Below, piece after piece: positions 27,244 through 41,323 of a DNA stretch of 64,000 nucleotides. The stretch comes from Eledone cirrhosa (lineage: Eukaryota). A program made the position numbers and the translations under genes. The first letter of the stretch is position 1, and every line of letters begins with the position of its first letter. Below the pieces are notes generated by a model. It saw only the letters and a program-made list of their open reading frames with translations, ran no database searches and was not told where the DNA came from. Location: NCBI GenBank assembly GCA_964016885.1, contig OZ024742.1, forward strand, positions 85,436,001 through 85,500,000, read 5' to 3'.

Positions 27244-27550
27244 ATGCTCGGTTTGTTTGTAAACAAGCAGCCCGATTTATTAGCCGTACACTGTACGGCA
27301 ACCATCGTTGCCATTTTTTTCAACACTGACAAAGGAAAGATGAACTAGTTTCTAGCTTATTAGCTGTCATAATCACCGTATACCTTCATGTCAATCGATT
27401 GAACGTTTGAAAGTATATACTTTCCGTATGCATATTAACGGCTGAGCAGCCTAATTTGCATATCGAGTGAGTTAGTCGGCCGGGCGTACCGAAAACGGTA
27501 TATATATATTTCATACAAACACATGCATAGACTTATATATAAAGACACAT

Positions 27551-27622
<72 letters not shown>

Positions 27623-28520
27623 CCATTTACATATAGGTAGCTGTCCATATTTAGTCATTGTAAAATATACATATTCATTTATCCATACATCGTTAGAGCA
27701 TCTACACCATTACTTCAAATCCAACGACAAGTCCTTATAGATATAAACATATTTATAAAGAGCTATAAATTTCATAGAAATACTTCTAAATTTCAAGTTA
27801 TATATGTTTGCTATCAGCATTATATGGAACATGTTTCATATACGTAAGTATGCATACAAAACTTGCATAAATAAAGAATAATTGATAGACAAAAATTCAT
27901 ATATATATACATATTTATACTTTCATACATCTTCCAGATAGTTACAATAACATTTCTGTTATTGCAGGAGATATATATAAGTGATACAGATTTAATATCG
28001 AAATTCTTAACATTAATTCAATACCGATGGAATTATAGAAACGTGAGTGCTGCGAGTTAAACTCTTACAGATATATATTTATATCTTTGTAAATTTTACG
28101 CATGAATCTCAGAACATACTACATTATCTGTCTAGGATATTAGAAAGAAATATACTTCCTTATATACATTTTGTGTCTTTCACTTGATTATGCCTAACAT
28201 TTGACGTCATCGTATGCACACCCAATTATTATATAAAATAATTATGACTGATTTATAAATCTTATCTTCGCTTGGTGATATTCGTAATACAGAAAGTTGC
28301 GTTTGAAACCAAGAGGGTAATAGCACTGAATTTAATGCGACGTTTGATTCCGAGCCATTAATCGTGCACTTATCTGTGTTGGACCTACACACACACATGC
28401 ATAAAGCTTGCGTGCTTGTATATGAGAGGTGAATATATATATATATATATATATATATTCACATCTCATATAAAAGCACGCAAGCTCAATGTGTGTGTGT
28501 GTGTAGGTCCACACAGATAA

Positions 28521-28567
<47 letters not shown>

Positions 28568-28680
28568 GAGAGAGAGAGAGATACAAAAGCGTGAACCTAA
28601 TAAACTAATATTTGTACTGCTTCTCTGTTTTTGTTCCTGTCTAAGATTTAACTATATATATAGACAGAGAGAGAGAAAGA

Positions 28681-28731
<51 letters not shown>

Positions 28732-28765
28732 TGAGAAGTAGTAACACAACTGCTAGTTCACCATA

Positions 28766-28806
28766 CCGAGAACAATTGTTTCACCTTATGCGGATCTTCA
28801 GCTCGG
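28766..28806 (-). ncRNA. Minimal type I hammerhead ribozyme (PLE-tail type)
   Basis: ccgag-CTGAAGA-tccgcataaggt-GAAA-caattg-TT-ctcgg. Perfect stem I and palindromic stem III. Identical copy at 58652-58692. Confidence 0.85.
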
Positions 28807-28849
28807 ACTACATATATATAGTTATAAATTGGATTCCCCACAGCGGACC

Positions 28850-29200
28850 CACTCCCAATAAAAAATGGATCCGCCCAAATTACCCCCCCCCCCCCAAAAA
28901 AAAAATAGATCTTTCCAAATAAAATACGGATCTCTCCCAATATAAAACGGATACCCCAGAAATAAAAATCCGATACCCCCAAAATTAAAAAAAATGGATC
29001 CCCCAATAAAAAACGGACCCCCCTCCCCTGAATAAAAATCTGATCAATCATAAATATAAAATTGACCCCCCCCCCCCCCGCACCCGCGAAATAAAAAATC
29101 CGTCCAACAAATATAAAACGAACCCCTCCCCCCCCAAAAAAAAATATAAAATGCCTCTCCCAAATAAAAAAGGGATCCCCGCCCCAAAGAAAAAACCGTT
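28850..29200. repeat. Degenerate minisatellite of about 22-24 bp (cccc-aaataaaaa-cggat-cccc)
   Basis: Alternating C-runs and A-runs with a recurring cggat/ggatc core. Confidence 0.75.
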
Positions 29201-29419
29201 TTGCTCGAGCGAGACACGGTCCCCGATCAATCTTGCCTGAAGTGGGACAAAACCGTCCAACACATGCTAGCGTGGAAGATAACGTTAAACGAGGATGATG
29301 TTACATACATTAATCAGCAACAGAAGGCTGGACTTGAAACTACTTTATAATTTTAATTCTGCGAAATCACTATACATATTTCGATGGCCCACCTCTATCT
29401 TCTGATTACGATGCAAGAC

Positions 29420-31328
<1,909 letters not shown>

Positions 31329-31447
31329 ATGTATGTATGTATGTATATTAGGCATAAACCTAATATACTGTTGATGTATAATATTAAGGATATTAATGTA
31401 TATCATATTCAAATGTATTAATACTATTACGTCATTGCAGTATAATC

Positions 31448-31534
<87 letters not shown>

Positions 31535-32544
31535 TTTGTGTGTCTGTCTGTAAACATTAAGATACAGGTGCCTATTTTTACGTATATAATTCTATGTAGA
31601 AACAACACAATTTATTAACTTTCTATACATCTTGATTTTTGAATTATTCATATAATTTGCAATTATATTTTAAAACTAGAGGGCTTCTTAATCATTGACT
31701 GTATATAGTATATAATTAATTTGTAAGAATTATGTTTTTATCGTATGTTATGAGGAGTTGAAGCGAGCAACAACCCTTTGAGTCGAAGTGCTGCTCAGTC
31801 ACTCCTGCGTGAAAATGCGAAATATTTAATAAACGAGATAAGTGTGGAATTATCTGCCTGCACCAATTCAACATTTCACTGCATGAGAGTAGCTTCCTGC
31901 AAGACGACGTTCTAATCAATTTACGTATGCTGCAACAATAACAAAATATGTTCGTAACTAACGATTATGAATATACAAATGTTATATAATTGTTTTGTCA
32001 TATGGCTGTTAGTGATAAAACATAGATTTGAAGAAAATGAAAAACAGTCTGAAAATTAACTTCTGAATTTTAATGAAATAATTGTTTCTACTTTTGGCAC
32101 AATTAACATGGAAGTCTGATCAACACAAGGAAATGACACCAAAGACAAATTTGTTAGACATGCCCCAACAAAAGTGCAAGAGAAGGAAATTATGGCCATA
32201 ACCTGTGATATTCTAGTACACAATGGCACAGGGATAAAGAGATGTCGATCAGATATTATAATCAAAGCCGATGCAGTAAATATACCTCTTCTAAATAACA
32301 TATCATTCCACAGAGTACTCCCATTAACATTAAGCAATTTCAAGGGAAGGGGACAGTTGATTAAATCGCCCAAAGTGTGTCATTTGCTGTTTATTTTATT
32401 GAACCCATAGGGATGTAGAATAAGATAATCTCAGCGGAATTTGAAATCAGAACCTAACGAACCGTAATTATATGCTGCAAATCTTTTTGTCGAAAGCTTT
32501 ATTGATGCTGCTAATTTAACGTCATAAGGCTAACAACAATAATA

Positions 32545-32735
32545 ATAATTGTTTCTACTTTTGACACAAGGCCAGCAAATTACCCAGTGCATTACTAGTA
32601 CTTTATTTTATCGACCCCGTAAAGATGAGAGTCAAAGTTAACCTCAGCGGGATTTGAATTCAGAATGGAAAGGGCCGTAACTCTATGCGTCAAAGTATGG
32701 CGTCCAACCCTCTACCCATACTGCCAATCCACCGC
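32545..32735 (-). mobile_element. tRNA-derived SINE copy
   Basis: Reverse complement of the same SINE consensus. A more degraded relative lies at about 32080-32520. Confidence 0.88.
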
Positions 32736-33604
32736 TTTGAGGCCAATAATGCAAGTTCTAATGGTTTATAAATGTTACAATATAATCGGTGGTTATTTTC
32801 CCTAATCTTCCTGTAGAGACACTATGATCTATAGAATTTTTGAATAGTTATTTTATTATGTGTATTTTTTCATTATTTTTTCTGCATGGCATCAATAAAT
32901 TTACAAAATAAAGATTTTCAGACCATAAACCTAATATACTGTTGATGTATAATATTAAGTATATTAATGTATATCATATTCAAGTGTATTAATACTATTA
33001 CGTCATTGCAGTATAATCATATTCATGCAGCATTAACATTTTGGATTCACAGTTGTTATGTTCATCTATTTTCAATATGTTTAGCGCTTTTATTCAATCA
33101 CACTTATGTAAGTTATGTACACACGCACGTGCGCACACACACACTCACATACACACAAAACACACACACAAACACTGACGCAAACACACGTATATATCAA
33201 ATAAGAGTAGTAAAAACGTGTTTATTTCTTCATAATTGCTTTACTGCATGGTATATATATCAATGCTACATTGTTATGCATGTGACTTCATCAGATGTTT
33301 ATACAATCATAGATGTAGTTCTTCAATCATGGGGATATGTCCTTGGTCATGTTTTACCATCCAGTGCTGATGCCATCAAAAATAAAGCTGAGTTAACTAC
33401 TATTATTTGATAAATGAATACTCCATCGCTTCTAATCCCCAACACTTAGCTGGAATAAACTTCTGACGTGAGGTTCTTTTGAATGGCTCAGAGCGGCTCA
33501 TCCTCGAGGCGTTACAACGTAACCACCACGTATAATAAACTTATCTTCTGCAACATTATATATATTATTTATTATTATTACTATATATATATATATATAT
33601 ATAT

Positions 33605-33983
33605 AACGAATGTAACGTGAGGACGGAAAACTCCAGCAAAGCCAATATAGTAGGATTAACCGCTTGTGGCTTTCAGACCCGGCTCTATCAGCACCGACGT
33701 ACGTTCAGAAACCCAGCCCGCCGACATGCCACTATTCTCCGTCAACATCTGGGACTTCCAAGATAATAACATAACATGCCATCTTACTTGGAGCTTACTC
33801 TGCAGGGCTAACTCCTCCACGGGAGGACGCCGTCCGTGTAACTTGTGCTCAGAGGAAACAATACAAATGCTGTTTACGAAGGACTATCTCCTAAACAAAA
33901 AAAGACGAGTTTGTACTTCATGGAAACACCGATTGCATAGGACTTACCTCGCCCTCAAACCCCCTCATGATCCGGGTGGGTAG
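33605..33983 (+). mobile_element. PLE GIY-YIG endonuclease 3' fragment
   Basis: IWDFQDNNI...TWSLL...CNLCSEE...LLNKK...KHR, matching the C-terminus of the other PLE ORFs in the window. Confidence 0.75.
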
Positions 33984-34782
33984 ATAATGCATGAAATATC
34001 CTTCTTTTCCACACTTGCCGAATAAGGTAGGAGAATCCCAGCACATATAGGTAGATGTAATTCTATTCTTTTACCCTTTGACTCTTCTTCTCAGTTCCTT
34101 CCACTCCCTCTCCTCTTGCTTTTCATTTTCCTCTTTCGCCTACCCTGAGGCAGACCATCGTAGCCTCAGTACCCCCACCCTGTAAATTATTTACAGCATT
34201 GCCCGAAAACGCATTACCAGCTAAAAATATAGCAGCTGCTTTAGACTCTAGTTTTTTTTATTATTTTTTGTTTTTTTATTATTTTATTTTTTAATATTAT
34301 TTTTCTTCATTATTTTTTAATTATTTAATCTCAATTTATTAACCTTTTAATTTTATAACTTCCCACTCTCAGATTCCACCAGAATGCTTTTTTCGCCTGC
34401 TTTATAGCTAGCCTAATTTCATACACACTCCTTAGAATTTGTTTATAGAATTCACTTTCAACGTTTGACCGGCTCTACCCGCTCCCTCATTGTTCTACAG
34501 GCAAGTTCAGCTACCCCGACCTTCCACCCACTGCCATGAAAGATTTAATTGTGTTTACAAGAAATGTTGACCAATCCTTTTGACAACTACAAACTTCCCA
34601 TATAAGTAATTAACCGTTGTAAAGTTCGGCTATTTATTACCACACTAAACATTTTAATTTAGTCCAGAAATAGCCTTCGAAATGGCTTGAGCTCTGGTAT
34701 CAGGGTCTTGAACTTTTTCCCCTCTCACTCTCTCTCTGGGTAATTGCTGGCCTTTTGCCAAAAGTAGAAACAATTATTTGCT

Positions 34783-34844
<62 letters not shown>

Positions 34845-34938
34845 TTGATATTTGCCCCTCTGGGACACAGTGCCGGAGACTCTCAATATATATATATATA
34901 TATATATATAAAACTGTTTCTCTCTCTATATATATATA

Positions 34939-35264
34939 TAATTATTTCTTCCTTTGGCACAAGGCCAGAAATTATCCCAGTGCGTTACTGGTACTTTATT
35001 TTATCGACCTCGTAAGGATGAAAGGCAAAGTTAACCTCAGCGGGATTTGAACTCAGAATAACAAGGGCCGTAACTCTATGCCTCAAAGCATGGCGTTCGA
35101 CACTCTACCGATACTGCCAATTCACCGCCTGCCAAATAATTGTTTCTACTTTAGGCACAAGGCCAGCAATTACCCAGTACATTACTGGTACTTTATTTTA
35201 TCGACCCCGTAAGGATGAAAGGCAAAGTCAACCTCGGCGGGATTTGAACTCAGAATGATAAGGG
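34939..35264 (-). mobile_element. Two adjacent SINE copies (34939-35129 full; 35141-35264 5'-truncated)
   Basis: Both match the SINE consensus. The second is flanked by the 11-bp TSD tgccaaataat (35130-35140 and 35265-35275). Confidence 0.9.
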
Positions 35265-36637
35265 TGCCAAATAATGAAATATATTTAGATACACCACGCG
35301 TAAATATACCTATATTTTCTGCTCTATGTATTTAAACAGAAAATATAGTAATATTTGCGCAAAAATGACTATATATAATTTATTTTGAACAGCATGGGCT
35401 GAAAGTATGATATTGCAGGAGAATATCTGTGGTACTTGAAAAAGTATATTTGCTTCAGACGAAAATGGCAGATCATTCATATGGGTTCTCACAATTTCGT
35501 GTTTAGCATTTTCAATGTAATTTTAATTTCAATGTTGCGCTAAAATTCTGGATAATATACCTTGAAGGCAGAAATATGTCAGCATGAATTTCCTATCTAA
35601 TTCTTCTGTATGTATTTTGGTCGCCCATTTATCATTTTCCAGAGATTAAAATGTTCAATATTCTCTCTAGAAAATAGCAATAAAAGATATACTTGTAAGG
35701 ATTTTTTTATTTTCAAATAATTACTGTTGATCGAACGACAACATAGATGTGTGTTCAGAAACAGAATATAATTTAAAATCACATTCCTTATATTAATCTA
35801 GATATAACATCAACTTATACAGAAAAGATACCAGCACGTATATGATGTACAACTATTTCAATAGATATACGGTATATCTATATTCAAAAACGCTAATATG
35901 ATACATAAATAGACACCCCACCGCTTACATATTTATATATATATAGAATACAGAAACCAAGAAAACAAATAAATAGTGACATGTAGAAAAATAGAATAGG
36001 AAAGAAAACACACACGCACACACAGATGTAACGCATACCCAGTCTTGGTCCACGGATCATAAAAACAAGATGGTGCAAAACAGAAAAAAAGATGTGACAC
36101 AAACTAACAGAAGTAGGCCGTAATGGGGCAACATAATATATGTGAAAGGAGATTAAACAACCAACAATTAAACATCCACCCGTTTATTAAAACAAACGAC
36201 GTGAATTTATAATAATAAATTGAAGTGGGACTCAACTGATACGGGTGTTTAAATTGGCAGCATGATCATCAGTTTTTAAAATTTAGCTTTGAATTTTTTT
36301 CACTGGTTACTAAAGGTGATATAATCAGCCAGATTAATAGACGTTGAGAAGCATAATTTTACGATGCATTCTTTTTTTCATTAATAATCATGATGCATTT
36401 GCTTAGGTGGAAATTATTATCTATGTTGTTAAAGTATAATTCAAGAATACTAAAGCGACGTTAATAACAAACATTTAATTATGCCAATAATATGAATAGT
36501 AATATTCTGGGGCGTAGCATGACCACACTTAATATATGTAGCCAATCTACGGAAATTTTGGCAATCTAACTCTGACTGTAAATGTTGAATTCCTAGAAAT
36601 TAACCCGCATATGACTATTGCCTAAGAATTGATATTG

Positions 36638-36668
<31 letters not shown>

Positions 36669-37639
36669 GTAAACGGAATAGAAAATGCTGACAAATTGTT
36701 CACAGTTGAAAAATGGTTTAATTAGGAATAAAAGAGTATTAGTGATTGTATGGGTTAGTATTCAGTTGTGGTTTTAAGTTTTTAAGTTTTTACCGGTTGC
36801 GCATTTCTATATATATATATATAAAGAGAGAGAGAGAGAGGGAGAGAGAGAGAGGGAAAGAGGGAGAGAGTGTGGGAGAGAGCGAAAGAAAGAGGAAGAG
36901 AGAAAGAGAGAGATGAATCGTAATTTCAACAATCAGTAAATAAGTGCAGAGGCTAACTTTTTAAAGATTCAGTATAATTTACATTTACATTCTTATAAGA
37001 AGTGCAATATCCACAGCTGTACTTGATTGTCTGAATTTATAACACAAGAAATGAAATATGAAATGGAGTGATGTAGAATGAAAGGAGAAAGAAACTGAAA
37101 AATCCAGTTTTGAGATAAGGCACGGGACACCCACACAGTCATAATGAGCAAATATATACATACTTTTCTTTATGGGTATATTCGCGATGGATGTCGATAG
37201 AAGACAAAAATGAAAAATGTATTAAGTACATTATTAGAGTGTAGGCATCTTTATTTCAAATACAAATGAATACAGCGTGACTAAAACTGCTGTATTGGTA
37301 TTAAATCATTTCATAAATTTGGTCGGTATCTATCGTGACATATATTTTTAGGGTTGGGTGTTGAGACGAGTAATGGAGAAGATAAGAAAGGAAGAGATGA
37401 TAGGAGGCGAATGGAGTGGTAATATGTGTTGTAGAAGATCAGAGAGTGAAGGTGGAGAGGGAGAGTATGAGATGTGTTATAATTAAAAGAGCATTTTGTA
37501 TTGTAGTATACTCCGAAAACATATAAAGTTGTCGCCTTATATATATATAGTAGTAAAAAAAGAAAAAAAAGCAGTAGAAAAAGCTAATGAGATTTTCTCA
37601 TAGAAAAACAGCCAAAGATTTTTTTACAAAAAAGGAATT

Positions 37640-37680
37640 TATAGTACCGGTTTCAGCTATGTGGGCTTCTTCATGCTACA
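37640..37680 (-). ncRNA. Minimal type I HHR with a one-nucleotide core insertion
   Basis: tgtag-CATGAAGA-agcccacatagct-GAAA-ccgg-TA-ctata. Lies in a PLE-like tail with a diverged inverted copy at about 37967-38065. Confidence 0.65.
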
Positions 37681-38189
37681 GAAATGTATAATAACCTTTA
37701 TAATGGTGTTAAGTGGTATATTAATAAGAATATGTTATAAAATAATATGGTTCACCTATATATATATATAAGTTAACATTTTTGTTTATCGCTTTCTCTT
37801 TCCACTCTTTGGTGGTGTTGACTATATCTGCGGCACTTTTGTGGTAGGGAAAGCCAGCTTGTTCGATGTTCTAGGTACTCTCCACGACTGTAGTCGTGGT
37901 CAACACCAAGAACACCGAAATAGTCAGTTCTCCTCTGCTACTTTCACTAACACTGCTGCAATTATAGTACGATAAATTCCTTTTGCGTAAATAAATGTTT
38001 TGCTGTTATTCTATGAGAACATCCCATTAGCATTTTCTACTTTACTATTATATCTTCTTTTTTACTATTATATATATCAACCCGTGTGTCACTTCGCAAC
38101 ATTCTATATATATATGTATGTGGAAAAGGTAATACCCCTACAACGCTAAATACATGGAGGTCGAATACTAACCTCCAAGTTATCATGCA

Positions 38190-38297
<108 letters not shown>

Positions 38298-38298
38298 A

Positions 38299-38446
38299 AT
38301 ATGAGGAATGCACGGACGGTATATAATTTTCTCTCATCAGTTGTCTGCTCTGGATCATTGATATTTCTGATGCGTAGAAATATCTATGATCCCCAGCAGA
38401 CAACTGATGAAGGAACATTATCCCCCGTCCGTGCTTTCCTCTTATT
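38299..38446. repeat. Fold-back of a PLE-like tail carrying GAAA-N23-CTGATGA on both arms
   Basis: Arms 38299-38367 and 38377-38446 are imperfect reverse complements. Confidence 0.85.
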
Positions 38447-38485
38447 CATAATTACACCTTATCCAGCAACTAGACAGCCTCTGTT

Positions 38486-38620
<135 letters not shown>

Positions 38621-38780
38621 TAACAGATTAAAGTTGAAGCAAACACTCGCTGCTTTCACCCATGACTGGATCTTAATCTGCTATTTAAAAAAATATTTGC
38701 TCTAGAGCTCTTATATATTTCATATATATTTTCTCCTTATCGAGCGATCTGGAATTTAGTCTTCACATTTATTATTATTG

Positions 38781-38854
<74 letters not shown>

Positions 38855-38956
38855 GTATTGAAATTTCCGTTGAAAAACAGAAAAGGTCATACAAGTGAAG
38901 AGTGCTATATGTAAGTACCAGAGCAAAATTGAATGTATAAAAATCAATACAATATA

Positions 38957-39034
38957 ATTACCTCATTACCAGAGGTTTCCCGAATGAGGCGAATACGAAA
39001 GAAACGTCTTCATTCGTTCGTCAGACCAGGCAAT
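38957..39034 (-). ncRNA. Type I hammerhead ribozyme with extended stem II
   Basis: attgcctggt-CTGACGA-a cgaatga...tcattcg g-GAAA-cctctgg-TA-atgaggtaat. Confidence 0.75.
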
Positions 39035-40245
39035 ATAAAACATGGCTAAATACTTGGAAAGTCTCATCAAGAAAAGCAAAATAAATTAATTATATAAATA
39101 TAGATAAAGGAATTACAATAGCCATATGAAATATATAAACATCTTTCATGAAATATAGTTAGGTGTGTGTATATGTATGTATATACGCCCACAGATGTAC
39201 ATATGTGTGTATGTACAAATGTGTACGTATAGTGAAAATGTGTGCGTAAATATATGTGTTAGGGCAAGTGTATCTGTGTATCTGTAACTACAGACAGACA
39301 TGATCTGATTGTGATGTACACAGAAAAAACAGGGTATTAGATACATTATAAGAATATGAAGGCACGCGTATAAACACACCCACACGCACGTACACTTATA
39401 TGTGGAAGAAAAAGAGGTAAGGGAGTGTAATAGTAAAAAGAAAGTATCGTTCTCGATATATCTATAAAAATGGAACAATAAATTAGAAAGAAAAAATTAA
39501 AGAAAAGAAGACAAACAAGGTACACGCGTACACACACACATATATCTACAAGAAACTTATATCTATAAGAAATATGTATAAATACACGCAAAAACCTGCA
39601 GACAAAAGCGTATGCAAGCACAACATACAGACACAGGATGCACATATATACGTATATACGCCTCGCCCCATGTATATCTAATCACGCGCACGCACGCGAC
39701 TGTATACACGCTCACACACACACAAATATACATGCCTATATACATACGCACACTTACACATCCATACATTCAGTACGTACCCACACACACACACACACAT
39801 ACATACACTCACGCATATTGACCTGTTTACATGCACACACATAAAAATGAGGATGTAAATAAAGAAGAAAGAAACAAAACAAAAAACATAGATGTAAAAA
39901 CACAGATATAAGAACACATATACATACACATAAATATATATATATATATATATATACCCGCACGCGCGCGCACATCCGGAGGCGTTCATGTACATATATA
40001 GAAAGTATACACACATTAAGGCGCTCAGACACATAGATACAAAGTGTAAAAAGCATTGTGGATAAGTAAGTACAAATATAAAATTATAAGATTGGCTGCG
40101 AAATAACAAAAAAATATCTGGAGTGGAAAACGCAAGTGACCACTAATCAGGTAGTGAAGAAAATAGGGAAGTAAAAAGTAGAAAGTGAAGATATTAGGTA
40201 AGTTAATCGAATAAGGGGGGGGGGGTATTGGTGGATGTGAAGTAA

Positions 40246-40455
40246 AAATAAAAAAAAAAAAAAAAATAAAAATAAAAATAAAAATAAAAATAAAAAAAAA
40301 AATAAAAATAAAAATAAAAAAAAAAATAAAAATAAAAAAAAAATAAAAATAAAAAATAAATAAAAATAAAAAAATAAAAATAAAAATTAAAATTAAAATA
40401 AAAATTAAAATAAAAATTTAAATAAAAATAAAAATAAAAATAAAAATAAAAATAA
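40246..40455. repeat. (TAAAAA)n A-rich simple repeat
   Basis: Directly visible. Confidence 0.95.
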
Positions 40456-41257
40456 GGATAAAAATGAAAGTAAATCAGAAAGGGTAGTCATAAAGAGAAT
40501 AATAAGAGTTTATGGAGGATAAGTATCTGAAAGTGTGTTAAGTTTATATGAGCTGGAAAGCAGGTGTGATTTCATGTGTGGGCAACTGGTGAACATTTGT
40601 CTTTGTGTTCAGGCAGGTCTTTGGTGATTTAAGATTTTGCATGATCCAATATTTTTCATTTATGCATGCGTGCATTTTCTTGCTCCTCTTGCATATTCTT
40701 TAGATTGGTTCAAAATTGACCAATCCGATTTATATTGGATACCTTGGTCTTTCAAATCCCATATTCTGCTAGCCAGAGCTGTTGTAAATCTTTTTTCTGG
40801 ATGTCGAAAGGATGCGACATGTGAGTAATAACGCGTTTTGAATTTGTCTTGCGTCATACCCACATATCGTTCACTGGTGGCTGGATGGTTGTTGCTGATG
40901 GTAGTCACTTTAGCCGCATATACAATGGCTTTGGTGTTGCATTTACCTTGAAATGGGCATTCACTTTTAATTCTACAGGAGCAATTTTGATGTTCTCTAG
41001 GTGATTTTTTGTTGATGATTTAGGATTTAATAGGGGGACCCAGGAGTAGCTAATTTTGACACAGTTTCTATTAAAGATCTTATAGTATCTATGTGTTCTA
41101 GGGAAATGTTTATCAGGAGCTCTAGGAATTGTTTGCCTACATTAGTTTTAACTGCTAGAGAGTAGGGGGTGAGAACCAGATTATTTTTCTTTTCCTGTTT
41201 TTATGTTTAATAGAGTTAGTATAGTTGGGTATGTATTTAATCGTTTCGATAAAACCG

Positions 41258-41317
<60 letters not shown>

Positions 41318-41323
<6 letters not shown>

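Larger units (their letters stand above)
38852..41260 (-). mobile_element. 5'-truncated PLE (GIY-YIG fragment 40520-41250, long low-complexity 3' UTR, terminal HHR)
   Basis: KRKIIWFSPP, CSCRIKSECPFQGKC, YVGMT, KTRYYSH, IWDLK. Bounded by (TA)n on both sides. Confidence 0.8.

Noticed and set aside
28850-29200. Repeat-spacer pattern resembling a CRISPR array
   Set aside because: Eukaryotic context, degenerate units, no unique spacers and no cas genes; it is a minisatellite.
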